Below are positions 31,297 to 41,867 of a stretch of DNA of 64,000 nt, piece by piece. Under the pieces are notes generated by a model, which saw only the letters and a list, made by a program, of their open reading frames with translations, was not told the DNA's origin and did not search any database. Source of the stretch: Paramoeba atlantica. Taxonomy: Eukaryota > Protista > Discosea. The stretch lies in the NCBI GenBank assembly GCA_977017575.1, contig CDRNVI010000040.1, positions 558,001 through 622,000 of the forward strand, written 5' to 3'. The position numbers were made by a program, and so were the translations under genes. The stretch's first letter is position 1. Each line of letters begins with the position of its first letter.

Positions 31297-33711
31297 ATGA
31301 CTAACCAGAAAAATAAAGCTCACAAGCAAAAGCATCGCAGCAAGAGTGCAGTGAAGAAGAAGCAATCTGGACGCGGAGCAGCGCGAACGATCCGCATGCC
31401 GCAGGGCTCTGTACGTCTGCAGAAAGGAGGGCTTGGTCAAGGAGATAAAAGTCGACGCATTCAAACTTCGCAACAGCGTAGACATCAGTCCCGAACAAAT
31501 ACGGCACAATCTCGTCGAATTGGAAGAGGAGAAAGTCGGCGCATTGTAAGCCTTATTCCAATGAGCGAAACATGTCACACTCTTGCATCGCTAGATCGCA
31601 TTAGAAGCTGGGTTCAGTCACAAAAAGGTTCTACCGAAGATGTTCCACAGAACAAATCAAAGTCCGAAGCACTGGAGTGGCAAGGACTACAAACTTCGTG
31701 GTTAGCTGTGGAAAATAGAACTACGTCTCCATGGGATGCCATCGGTTTTATGGCCGTATCCGACATTGTGGTACTCGTTGTAAGCGTCGCTGCAGAAGCC
31801 AATTGTTCTAATGATCTCTGCATGGAAGAAGATTTCAGCGAAAATGGAGAGCAAGAATCGCCTATGAATACATGGTACTCCGACATAGGGCTCGCTGTAG
31901 ATGACTTAGGTCGCTACAATATACACTTGTTGAATGCTCAAGGTGTTCCTACCGTATTCATATTCTTCGTAGGGCTAAATGGTCTTACAAAGCAACGCAA
32001 GGCTAGTGTAGTCAAGCTTCATGAGCGGTATTTTCACAGTGTTCTTCCATCGGAAAAATTATTTTTTCATGAGGAAGGCGAACTTACCAAGCTCTGGCGT
32101 GGATTAAAGGAATGTCCCTTGTTTGATTTACAATGGCGTCAAATTAAGCCATACATGCTTCCAGACACAGTCGAAATATTACCAGATTCTGCGGATCAAG
32201 TAACAATGGATCTTGACAAGGAGAATGCTTCCTCTGAACGATCACAAAAGATGGTTCACTTGCGTTTTGCAGGCCACCTTCGAGGCCAACCAATTAGCGC
32301 TAATCAACTACTCCACGTCACAGGGTTGGGAACGTATGTGATTCAGTGCATAGAAAAAGATGCGATAAAATTTCACCGGGGTGAATTGGGCAATCCTGAC
32401 TCCCTTGATTGTCTAAACTCCGTAGATCCGATGCTTGGAGGCGTGGAACAAACGTGGCCTTCCGCTGAAACTTTTCAGGCTCCAATTCGCTACGTACAGG
32501 TTCCTCAAGGCTTATCAGAATATCACACAGGATGGTTTGAAAAGGATAACATCGGTGTTGCTCCAGACAGCAATTCTTCCCTTCTAACGAAAAAGGCATT
32601 AAAAACGAGCCAATTATCTTTTCGAGATGCTGAAAGAGAATTCGCAGGTGAGATTCACTCTGAAGAAGAACTCACTGATCGTGAAGCATCTGGTACGGAA
32701 TTATTGAGTGAAAATAATGACGAGGAAGAGCCAACCATGGACGATGCTAACCAAGACGAAGTTGAATTTCACCCGAATATGCGAATCAGGGAACGATTGG
32801 CAAAGTACCGAGGACTGACTTCCTTCTCCGCTCCTTGGGACTCAAACGAAAATCTTCCTCCAAGTTATGCTCAAATTTATCACATACGCGATTACAAGCG
32901 CCTCGTCAAAGATGGCGTGAAACCTTACTTCGGAGATATCCCTGAGTGTGATGCAACTTGTGCGAAATTTTCTGCCGGAGATTATGTATCGATAACCGTT
33001 TGTGCTCCGGAATCTGATGCTAACACTATTTGCGAACTCAACCCACTTATCATTAGTGGTCTTCTTCCTCATGAACAAAAGTGGACAGTTCTTCACGCCT
33101 CTCTACAATATCGCAAAGATGATTTTGAGGAGCCTATTCCAAGTAAACATCCTATGTTATGTGCTATTGGTTTTCGTTTGCTCTACTCGTCGCCCCTTTA
33201 TTCTCAGCTATCCTCACGCATGTGCGATCGAGCAAAATATCTCCGGAGCTTTAGAGAAAGTGACATGAGAGCGCGAGCCACGTTCTTCGGTCCCTTGAGT
33301 CATACCCCATGCCCTATACTGGCGTGGGCACTCACGCAGAACGACGACGGAAGCACAAACTGGTCGTTTGCCGCAAATGGAACAATGCTTCCACCCGATC
33401 CCTCGATGATGCTTCTAAAGCGGATTACACTTACAGGAAGACCTAATAAAGTTCGAAATCGAATCGCTGCAGTTCGTTTCATGTTCTTCAATGCGGAGGA
33501 TGTCCAGTGGTTCTCTCCCGTTGGAATACGAACCAAACACGGAGGAAAGGGGTCCATTTTGAAGCCGATTGGTTCTCACGGAAGCTTCAAGGCGCTTTTT
33601 AAGAACCCGGTTCAGCAACATGATGTTGTGTGTCTTGATCTGTGGAAGAGAGTGTTTCCTAAACCGAGTACTCAGCTTTTTAAGCATACAAAGGCGACTC
33701 TTAATGTATAG
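31297..33711 (+). CDS. TSR1: Pre-rRNA processing protein TSR1
   Basis: LRGQPISANQLLHVTGLG, RERLAKYRGLTSF...W...ENLP..YAQI, LLPHEQK, KRITLTG.P, VRFMFFN.EDVQWF and TKHG.KG.I..PIGSHG.FK. Confidence 0.93.
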   Translation: MTNQKNKAHKQKHRSKSAVKKKQSGRGAARTIRMPQGSVRLQKGGLGQGDKSRRIQTSQQRRHQSRTNTAQSRRIGRGESRRIVSLIPMSETCHTLASLDRIRSWVQSQKGSTEDVPQNKSKSEALEWQGLQTSWLAVENRTTSPWDAIGFMAVSDIVVLVVSVAAEANCSNDLCMEEDFSENGEQESPMNTWYSDIGLAVDDLGRYNIHLLNAQGVPTVFIFFVGLNGLTKQRKASVVKLHERYFHSVLPSEKLFFHEEGELTKLWRGLKECPLFDLQWRQIKPYMLPDTVEILPDSADQVTMDLDKENASSERSQKMVHLRFAGHLRGQPISANQLLHVTGLGTYVIQCIEKDAIKFHRGELGNPDSLDCLNSVDPMLGGVEQTWPSAETFQAPIRYVQVPQGLSEYHTGWFEKDNIGVAPDSNSSLLTKKALKTSQLSFRDAEREFAGEIHSEEELTDREASGTELLSENNDEEEPTMDDANQDEVEFHPNMRIRERLAKYRGLTSFSAPWDSNENLPPSYAQIYHIRDYKRLVKDGVKPYFGDIPECDATCAKFSAGDYVSITVCAPESDANTICELNPLIISGLLPHEQKWTVLHASLQYRKDDFEEPIPSKHPMLCAIGFRLLYSSPLYSQLSSRMCDRAKYLRSFRESDMRARATFFGPLSHTPCPILAWALTQNDDGSTNWSFAANGTMLPPDPSMMLLKRITLTGRPNKVRNRIAAVRFMFFNAEDVQWFSPVGIRTKHGGKGSILKPIGSHGSFKALFKNPVQQHDVVCLDLWKRVFPKPSTQLFKHTKATLNV

Positions 33712-34001
33712 GTATTTTTTTATCAGAATACTCGCGCGCAGAATAGACCGCTATACAAAGATAGACAAAATTACGCTTTGACTTCTAATATTTTGGGCTC
33801 TTTTTCGCAAGCCAACGCATGGTGCAATCAATAGGAACTTGAATTTTGATGTTTTATATGCATTCAAACACATTGTATTCAAACTCATTTTATGTTGTGT
33901 GTCTACATGCAAATAACGTATTGCTTTGGTACATGTGATATATATCCTACTACTACAAAACACTTTATAGCTTCCTCTTCTTTCTCACCAACTTCTCTCC
34001 T

Positions 34002-35828
34002 ATGGGCTCACGAGAAAAAAATGGTCCACGTAAGGTGGACTCGAAGTTATCAACTACGGATTTCAAGCTAGTTTCGGCGTTGCTCTTTCTATCCCCCGAA
34101 CCTTCCACTAGCACCTCGAACATGGTAAACTCTTGTGATGAATTTTCGTCTCAGACTGTGGAGCTATCATGTTTTATGAAGAGCTCATTGCGCTACAGCT
34201 TGCAATTTTTACTCTTCAATGGCGTTCAAAAGATTTTAATATTTTGTGCAAATCCAAGTCACGCCGATGGAACTGAAAGTTATTTGGATGTTCTAAAAAA
34301 TTTGCGAGACCTTCCAAGAATGGTTTCTGTCAGAGTAGTGTGTGCATCAAAACCTAGATGCTCATCTCTTGGTGACTCCTTGAGAGAGCTTCATTTAACC
34401 TCCTCACTTCACACCTTTCTTGGAGAGAAAGATTTCTTAATTCTTCGAAGTGATATAGTTCGCAACTACACAGAACTTTCCAGTGCGTATATTCGACATC
34501 GAACTCGTAGGTCGAAAGACCCAAAAGTCTTGATGACCATATTCATGTACGAGCAAATCTCGGCCTTCTCAAATGGTCGAAAAAACGTTAATGAAAGCGA
34601 AATGAATGAGCATCGTAGGCATAGATCATCCTGCTCCTGCACTTTAGAGAAAATAGCAACCCTTTGTGATGAAGATTCAAGGCTACACGCAATAATTTCT
34701 ATGCAGGAAAATTCTCATTCTGAATTGGTTCTTCATAATAACGTTCTGGCTTCTCATATTTCGGTAAGGCTTCGCAGTGATCTTGGGGATTCAGGAATGG
34801 CATTCTGTAGTGCAGAAGTCATACAGGTATTCAAAGAGAATTTTGATCTAGAAACTTTGTTGGACTTCTCAGAAACCACCTTAGCCGATGACCTTCTCGG
34901 AAATAAAGTAGCTTTGGAGATTATTTCTAGCAAATTCCTTCTCAAACGATTATCGAGCTGCGCGCTTCAATGTATTAAAACCAATTGGGGAAATCCCTTA
35001 GAATATGATGCATCATTGGAAGGAAATATCAGTGTTCAAGGAGTTTACCAACGGCCTGAAGACACCACAATCGAATCATCCACTTCCCCTAGTATGGATA
35101 CCGGCTCTCGATCTGTACGAGAATCGACCTATACTTCACCTTTACCTTCGGATATTTCAAGTTTTGGGCCACTATCTCAGCAGTTTATATCTGTTTGTAA
35201 AAAGGAATCCAATTCTGTTCAAAACTTTTCGTGTTCTCATGCAACCAGTAGTACGAAATGTGCACAAAAGGATAGTGTGAAATGCAAAGACAGTAAGGAA
35301 ATGTTCCAATTGGAAATCACCGACACTATTTGCTGTGCTTTGGAGAGTGATCACGATCTTCGAGATGTATCAACAGGACTCAGTCAACTTCGTTTTTGCT
35401 ACAATAAATCGCCAGAGGACGTGGGTGTTGCTTTATTAGTATCACTGTTGCAATATTCTATTCAACATGTGGAAACGAAACACGCAATATCTTCAGAGGA
35501 CTTCTCACAGGATCACTCAAAAGCAGCACAGAAATGTTTTAAAAAATGTTGTATAACTTTCCAAGGTATTCTGCTGGAAGATCGCTTTGGGGGCAGAGAG
35601 GATGCAGCTGGAGTAGATAAATTAAGAGGTTTTTTAGAATGCATAAATCTTCATTCGTCTCTGTGGTCACGTCTGGGGCACTTCTTGCGTATTCTCTACG
35701 AATGCGATATTGTACTCTCGGAGGCGTTTACTACATTCAGCAACTCGAAAAATTCATCTCGGTCCATAGTGGAGTTGTTAAAATATGCAGAGAGTTTTTT
35801 TAGTGTTCTAAGAGAGCTAGACGATTGA
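34002..35828 (+). CDS. Divergent eIF2B epsilon-like subunit
   Basis: NT-like N-domain (SLGDSLRE, FLILRSDIV, H..RRSKD...MT, RSDLGDSG..FCS.EV...F.ENFD) and W2-like C-domain (LRFCYN, LYECDIV.SEA). Confidence 0.7.
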   Translation: MGSREKNGPRKVDSKLSTTDFKLVSALLFLSPEPSTSTSNMVNSCDEFSSQTVELSCFMKSSLRYSLQFLLFNGVQKILIFCANPSHADGTESYLDVLKNLRDLPRMVSVRVVCASKPRCSSLGDSLRELHLTSSLHTFLGEKDFLILRSDIVRNYTELSSAYIRHRTRRSKDPKVLMTIFMYEQISAFSNGRKNVNESEMNEHRRHRSSCSCTLEKIATLCDEDSRLHAIISMQENSHSELVLHNNVLASHISVRLRSDLGDSGMAFCSAEVIQVFKENFDLETLLDFSETTLADDLLGNKVALEIISSKFLLKRLSSCALQCIKTNWGNPLEYDASLEGNISVQGVYQRPEDTTIESSTSPSMDTGSRSVRESTYTSPLPSDISSFGPLSQQFISVCKKESNSVQNFSCSHATSSTKCAQKDSVKCKDSKEMFQLEITDTICCALESDHDLRDVSTGLSQLRFCYNKSPEDVGVALLVSLLQYSIQHVETKHAISSEDFSQDHSKAAQKCFKKCCITFQGILLEDRFGGREDAAGVDKLRGFLECINLHSSLWSRLGHFLRILYECDIVLSEAFTTFSNSKNSSRSIVELLKYAESFFSVLRELDD

Positions 35829-36140
35829 TTTATCATAATCTAACTATCGTGTGATATCATATTTGGTTATTTAGGTCGAGGAACAGTTCCGCGTGATCCG
35901 CTTTTGAACCTCATCTCATCTCTAATTCTCTATTTTTATAGTCCACTTCATTGCATCTCTTTTTATCTCTTTGTGTCATACATGGCTCAATAGCAATACA
36001 GGAACGAATGGTTGACATGTTGCTTTTTCATACACTCCTTTTAAGCTGCATACTAGAAGCAACTTTTTTGGAACCAATCTTCAAATAACTTTTTCTTATA
36101 ATTCAGTTTAGTCGGTTGCTTTCTTTCCCTTTTATCTAGG

Positions 36141-39140
36141 ATGACCCAAGGACTCCAGGAGGCTTCATCCAATGTTGTTTCTTTGCGCTCACAATACGCA
36201 GTCACTGATGAGCCAATTTTTCGTCCTCTTCTGACATCAGGAAACATCCACTGGATACCCAATCGGAATTACTTTCTTACTTCATGCGGCGAAAACGTTT
36301 GTCTTGTCGACGCTGATCGAGGAAGAATACTGTCATCAGCCAACTGTAAAACTGCGATTCGGTTATCTTCCCAGGATAAGTTGTTACCTATGCCGGTATC
36401 ACAAACAACGTTTGAAGATCAAGAGGACTTCATTGTGGCTATGGCAGCATCTAGTGTTCCTCAGTCTAATAGCACAACCATGGAGAACGTCTCACTTGAT
36501 ACATCAAACAATCGCATTATTCTCGCTACTACTGACAATGACATGATGCTTCTTTCCGTGAATGAAGTTGAGCTTCGTTTTTATTTGCATCGCAAGTGGT
36601 CCATTGGACGCCGCTCAACATCAATTAGCGCAGTAGAATTTTCACCAGACGTTTACAGTGTAGTCAGTTTATGCGCAGACGGGAGTGCACAGATATGGAA
36701 ATTAAATGATTTTCAAAACCATGTTTATCTGCGACCTCAAGAGTCTGGACGACTGATTCAGTGCTTATTTCTTAGTTTTCAAACAACAGACAAGCGTGTA
36801 GAGAGCACATCAGCGAAAAAGAAGCCCCGGATAAAGAGAGATTCAGAGAATAATTCTTCTTTGGAAGTTTCCTCAAAGTCTAACAGTGATTGGGTAATCT
36901 TGGGGAACGAATTGGGAAAAATCTTTGTCTGGGATTTAGGTCAACTTCAATGTAAACAAGTGATCTCAGAAAGCAGGCATGCGATTTTGAGCATCTTATA
37001 CATGAAGTCCAGAAAATGCTTCCTTGTCGGAAGCCGAGATCGGTTGATTCTCTGCTTTAAGTGGAATGATGAAGCTCAAGAGTTTATTCTTTCGGCGAAA
37101 CTAGCATTAAAGGACAATGTTCAGTCCATGTCTCTCTACTGTATTCCTTCAAGATCCACTGTTTCACAGCTGCATCTTGCAATCGGTTCTGAGGAAGGTC
37201 ATATTTCAATATACAGTCTTGAGAAATGGTTACAAGGACGCTGTAATCCGAAGTACAAAGGCTGTTCAGCAGAGATTGTGATCAAGAAGAAGAGCGATGA
37301 GCTTTTCGGCGAAAGTTTTCCCTTTCTGTCTCCTAACACAAGAATGAAAACTCTGGCATTTGTTTCGGCAAGTAGTAAAGTATTAATTTTGGACGCCGTA
37401 AGTGGTGAAATAAAAAGTAATATTTTAGGACAATGCAATTCCGTACTCGACATGTGTCTATTGCCTCGAAATATTACATGTGACCAAGGAGTTGGGGACG
37501 AATCTGAAGAATATCCTGTCGCCCGCGAAAAGCCTTCGAACCCTGGTATCATTTTTTTGGGGGATACGACAAGCGCATATTTTATGGACAATGGTGGTTC
37601 ACACCGTTTTACTTCTCTTGCAGGTCACACCGATATCGTCCTTTGCGTAGCTTCACATCAGCACCTAGGATATATTGCTACAGGATCAAAGGATTACACT
37701 ATCAAAATATGGAAACAAAAGCTGCGTTTCGAATCATTAACAACAGTATTAACGGCATCTACAGAGAACTGTGATTTCGTTTGTGTTGCAGAATGCGTTG
37801 GAAACAACGCTGCAATCACGGGGCTGTGTTTCGCGCAAAACGAAAAGTCATCAGTTGTTGCTTTAGCCTCGATAAGTTCCGATAACTCTTTAAAAGTATG
37901 GTTACTAACTTCTTTAACGAAGGCATTAAAAAAACGAAATATGGAAACAGATAGCCCGCTTATTAAGTTCACAGCTTCTTCTGATCACACCATTGCCGAT
38001 ATCCACAGTGGCTCAAAACTTTCTGAGAATCTCTCTTCCAGTTCAGTTTATTGCATCGATTTCTCACCACAAAACGATAAAATAGTCACCGGAGGGCGAG
38101 ACAAGAAACTGCGCATTTGGAATTGGGCAGCAGGCACAGGATTACATCCTCAAGGAGAGCTTCAGGGACATAAAAAAGCTATACACTCCGTCCAATTCAG
38201 TCCTAGTAACCGGCACATGATTGCCTCCGCATCCTCAGACGGTACTATTAAACTATGGAACATATCGAACGGCTGCTGCAGCGTAACGCTACAAGGCCAC
38301 ACCGCCGCCGTACGTCGAATGTGTTTCCTAAATCATGGGCTTCAAATTTGCAGCGTCGATGAGGAGGGCGTATGTAAAGTATGGAGTTTACAAACGTACG
38401 CTTCCGTTCACACGTTTGATACAGAACTCGGAAAACCCGCCACTTTAGCGGCAGATCGAGACGGAGAGGCTCTCTATATTGGCGCGGAATGTTCGTTTTT
38501 GCGGAAATGGATTGATGTCACGGAACAGGTGAAGAAAGAGACCATTGTCTCTCGAAGGATGCGCGTTGAGGAAAAACAGAATCTGGACAATTGCATTTCT
38601 CATGGAAAATATGTGGAATGTTTTCGACTAGCGTTGAAGTTGAAACACCCACGCACTCTTTATCGAGTTGTTACTCTAATCGCATTTCCCGCACGCGTCT
38701 CGGAAGACAATAAGACACGTCACGAGTCCAAAGCTGTGAGTTCTGCAAAACCTTACACCTGTATTTCACCTGAAATTTTGGATGCTGTCAGAGACTTGGA
38801 TAAAGATAATTTGCGACAGCTTTTGTTTTTTTGTCGAGATTGGCTCTTGGTTAATAAGCGATCAGCCGTCGGTCATCTTTGCTTGCACGCGGTTTTAATA
38901 ACGCATACAAAGGAGAGGTTGGTTAGCGTTTCGTGGCACAAAAATGATTCGGATTCTTCCAATTCTTCTTCCAATAATCTGATAGATGCGTTGTTGGCCT
39001 ACAGCAGAAAGTATAACGCCAGATATGCAGCGTCGTTGGAAGATCTATACTTTCTGAATCTTCTCAATAATTCTACTCATCCAGGGCAGACACTGGCTCA
39101 GCTTTTACCAAACACGTGGAAGGGAGACATTAATTCTTAG
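36141..39140 (+). CDS. UTP13: U3 snoRNP WD40 protein UTP13/TBL3
   Basis: Many WD repeats (GHTDIVLCV..ATGSKD.TIKIW; GHKKAIHSVQFSP..ASASSDGTIKLW) and a Utp13 C-terminal helical domain (LALKLKHPR.L, DW, LLAYS.KY.AR). Confidence 0.85.
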   Translation: MTQGLQEASSNVVSLRSQYAVTDEPIFRPLLTSGNIHWIPNRNYFLTSCGENVCLVDADRGRILSSANCKTAIRLSSQDKLLPMPVSQTTFEDQEDFIVAMAASSVPQSNSTTMENVSLDTSNNRIILATTDNDMMLLSVNEVELRFYLHRKWSIGRRSTSISAVEFSPDVYSVVSLCADGSAQIWKLNDFQNHVYLRPQESGRLIQCLFLSFQTTDKRVESTSAKKKPRIKRDSENNSSLEVSSKSNSDWVILGNELGKIFVWDLGQLQCKQVISESRHAILSILYMKSRKCFLVGSRDRLILCFKWNDEAQEFILSAKLALKDNVQSMSLYCIPSRSTVSQLHLAIGSEEGHISIYSLEKWLQGRCNPKYKGCSAEIVIKKKSDELFGESFPFLSPNTRMKTLAFVSASSKVLILDAVSGEIKSNILGQCNSVLDMCLLPRNITCDQGVGDESEEYPVAREKPSNPGIIFLGDTTSAYFMDNGGSHRFTSLAGHTDIVLCVASHQHLGYIATGSKDYTIKIWKQKLRFESLTTVLTASTENCDFVCVAECVGNNAAITGLCFAQNEKSSVVALASISSDNSLKVWLLTSLTKALKKRNMETDSPLIKFTASSDHTIADIHSGSKLSENLSSSSVYCIDFSPQNDKIVTGGRDKKLRIWNWAAGTGLHPQGELQGHKKAIHSVQFSPSNRHMIASASSDGTIKLWNISNGCCSVTLQGHTAAVRRMCFLNHGLQICSVDEEGVCKVWSLQTYASVHTFDTELGKPATLAADRDGEALYIGAECSFLRKWIDVTEQVKKETIVSRRMRVEEKQNLDNCISHGKYVECFRLALKLKHPRTLYRVVTLIAFPARVSEDNKTRHESKAVSSAKPYTCISPEILDAVRDLDKDNLRQLLFFCRDWLLVNKRSAVGHLCLHAVLITHTKERLVSVSWHKNDSDSSNSSSNNLIDALLAYSRKYNARYAASLEDLYFLNLLNNSTHPGQTLAQLLPNTWKGDINS

Positions 39141-39410
39141 TTATTCCAAGACATTTGTTTCAAATAATTTTTTTGTGCTATCTTTACTTACACATACAGG
39201 GGGGTCACCAATTTCCGGGGGGGTCTAAAATTTGTGTCGTGTGAGCTTTTGACCTAATTCCTTCGCCATTCAACAGATCTCGAAATTCTAAGCTGTTTTG
39301 CGCTATAAAACGTCTCATAAAAAACCAAATGACTATATGAGAAATTTTTAAGGAAAAAGTAGGGTCAAAATTCTGCAAATTATTCGAAATAAAGTTTACT
39401 ACGAAAATTC

Positions 39411-40391
39411 ATTTTCTTTTCTAGGCTCTTCGTTAAACGCGGTGGTTGTTTTCAACTTAGAAGTCACTCATGCTGCGCGCTTCGCGTTGAAAACTACCGC
39501 CGCGTTTAACGAAGAGCCTAAAAAAGAAAATTTAGCCTGGAAAACAGAAAGATTATAGCCAAAAATAGCCGAATTTCGGGTAAAAATGGGGTGATTTTCG
39601 CGTATTTTTGCTGTCAGAGCACTAAATCCGACATTTGCGCATGGGAAATCACTCGTAGGCATGAATGAAAGCCTACCTAACGTATTGGGTATAGAATGCG
39701 ACTCCAACCATACCATTCTTTCGACGCAAAAATGCCCCTTTAGGTCCGAAAAATACTTTTTCACCTTTTTTAGTCAAAAATGGGTCATTTTGAGGGGCGC
39801 ACCACGGTTCGAAGAAGGGATACCTTGCGAAAACAACTGCGGAGAAGGCTAGTGTAGGTCCCAAACTATCAAAATACAATAGGGGAAACGATTTTGGAAA
39901 AATATTTTTTTTGCCATTTTTTTCGCCAAGTTGAAAGTTTTTTCAAATTTTTTTTTCCGAAAAAATCCGAACTTGGCGGACCCGTCCTGCGGATACGCGG
40001 GGGGGTCACCCCCGGGTAGGGGGGTGGAAAATGCTCGCCAAGACCCCGGCTACCCTTTCTGCGGTTTTTTTTCGAAAACTAATTTTTTCGAAAAAATTTG
40101 CTCGACCATGCTCGACTCATTTGCTTGACCCCCCCCTGGACCCCCCCCTGGACCCCCCCCTGGACCCCCCCCCTGGACCCCCCCCTGGACCTCCCCCCTG
40201 GACCCCCCCATGGACTCCCCCCATGGACCCCCCATTTTTTTCAATTTTTTTTCTCAGTTTTGGACCACCGGAGCCCCCTTTTATATTTTTTTCTTCTATT
40301 ATATTACTGTGTTCCCCTTTATATTTTCACTGTTTTTGTTCACTTTTATTTTCAATAATCGAGTGCAGAGCGGTAGTTTTACAACCACCGC
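39411..40391 (+). repeat. ~1 kb palindrome-headed repeat, copy A (nested in the Tc1-like element)
   Basis: 99-bp palindrome at 39422-39520, central (CTGGACCCCCCC)n, terminal hairpin gcggtagttttacaaccaccgc at 40370-40391. Near-identical to 49960-51340 and to the reverse complement of 61550-62450. Confidence 0.9.
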
Positions 40392-41124
40392 AATAATAGT
40401 AATTAATGGAATGCTTTTTTTGGGCAGAAATTATTCCGTTAATTATTATTCCAATGATTTTTACTAAATTTCTACAAAACTTTAAGCGTCAAGGGAAAAG
40501 TTCTGCTGATACGTCTTAATCGATTCATCTTTTCGCGGTAACGTCGCTTTTTTTTGAATTGATGCTACGTTAATTAAAAAAACGTACATTTTAATTACGT
40601 TAAGAAGTGCGTCACCGGTATAATCCACTCGTATTTGAATACTTCACTGTATATTACTGTGTTCCCCTTTATATTTTCACTGTTTTTGTTCACTTTTTTT
40701 TCAATAATCGAGTGTAGAGTGGTAGTTTTACAATCACATCGGCATTGTTGCAGTCCTCGTGGACAGCTTAAAGTCACCCACCGCATATTTTTGGTAAAGA
40801 ATTATGAAGAAACAGGGTCCTTTGCTGCCGTTATGCCCCACAAGCTCAGTATGCCACACAAGCTCAGTATGCCCCACAAATCGGTCAGAATTGCGACCGG
40901 CGATCGCATCTGGGATTGAATTGTTCAAAGGAGAACAGAGCAAAATATTTTTAAACACTTTGAAGACTCTTCGAACGAAGACTCGTATTAAGATTACATT
41001 ACAAAACAATGGAGGTGATTGTGGATAGTAAATGACATATTTTTCAAAATTTCAAACTTTGCTATTTTCAGCCCCTTCGGCATAGGGACCTACCCCCCTG
41101 GATACGGGAAACGTAATATCAGGT

Positions 41125-41224
41125 GAGACGTATCTCTGCGAAAGCTCTCGAATGCGGTGCTACTTTCCAAAATTGGACAAGTTATAAAAATTTTGACCCC
41201 CCCATATTTTCGTGCCACCCCCTG
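41125..41224 (-). mobile_element. Solo right end of a second CAGGG-type TIR family
   Basis: Reverse complement TA|CAGGGGGTGGCACGAAAATATGGGGGGGTCAAAATT matches the left end at 49076. Confidence 0.65.
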
Positions 41225-41398
41225 TATATAATTTTTAAAATGGGTTTTTATACCGCAAAACAGCTTAGAATTTCGAGATCTGTTGAATGCCGAAGGAATT
41301 AGGTCAAAAGCTCACACGACATAAATTTTAGACCCCCCCAGAAATTGGTGACCCCCCCTGTATGTGGTAAGGTGCTGTATGTATACAACTTGTATGTA

Positions 41399-41722
41399 CT
41401 CCCCCTCTCATTAATAATTATAAACCTCCAAAACTCATTAAAGGGTACGTTTATAGAAGTTTAATGAGATTATAACTCTGAGTCTCATTTCTATAATTAT
41501 AAACCTCAAATACTTCATTTTTTATCTGGAAAGACACCTCTACTACATACTTTGCACTAAAACTTGTTTCCAAGTTGAACGAAGTGTCTCGAAAATCAAG
41601 AATTTGAAGTCCATAATAAGAAAAAATCACTTATCGAATCTCATTAATAATATAAACTATAATTATAATTATAACTAAAAAGGTTTATAGATCATATTTT
41701 TAATTATTAATGAGAGGGGGAG
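41399..41722. mobile_element. MITE, CTCCCCCTCTCATTAAT family, 324 bp
   Basis: 22-bp TIR; left TA intact, right flank TG. Same TIR as 10613-11957. Confidence 0.8.
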
Positions 41723-41867
41723 TGTACATAACACCTCTTTTACAAGAGGTACAATATTCTTATGCCTTTTCAAAGTAGCTATTGTCTAGGTCACCACATA
41801 ACTTACTTTCCTGTATGATGTACACATGATTTTTTCTATTTATACCTTTTCGTAATGGATATGCCTA

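Larger units (their letters stand above)
39197..41360. mobile_element. Non-autonomous Tc1/mariner-type element, 2164 bp, ~114-bp TIRs, TA TSD
   Basis: TIRs at 39197-39310 and 41247-41360 differ by about 4 substitutions and 1 indel. Flanks are cacaTA|CAGG...CCTG|TAtgtg. Confidence 0.9.

Noticed and set aside
39795-39820. GGTTCGA (pol III B-box or tRNA T-loop) in the ~1 kb repeat
   Set aside because: It lacks the closing CC, an A-box and a cloverleaf; no tRNA or SINE support.
14387-41140. 16-mer GAGACGTATCTCTGCG shared between the SL-unit 3' motif and the TIR family at 41125
   Set aside because: About one 16-mer match is expected by chance among all position pairs of a 64 kb window, and flanks do not align.
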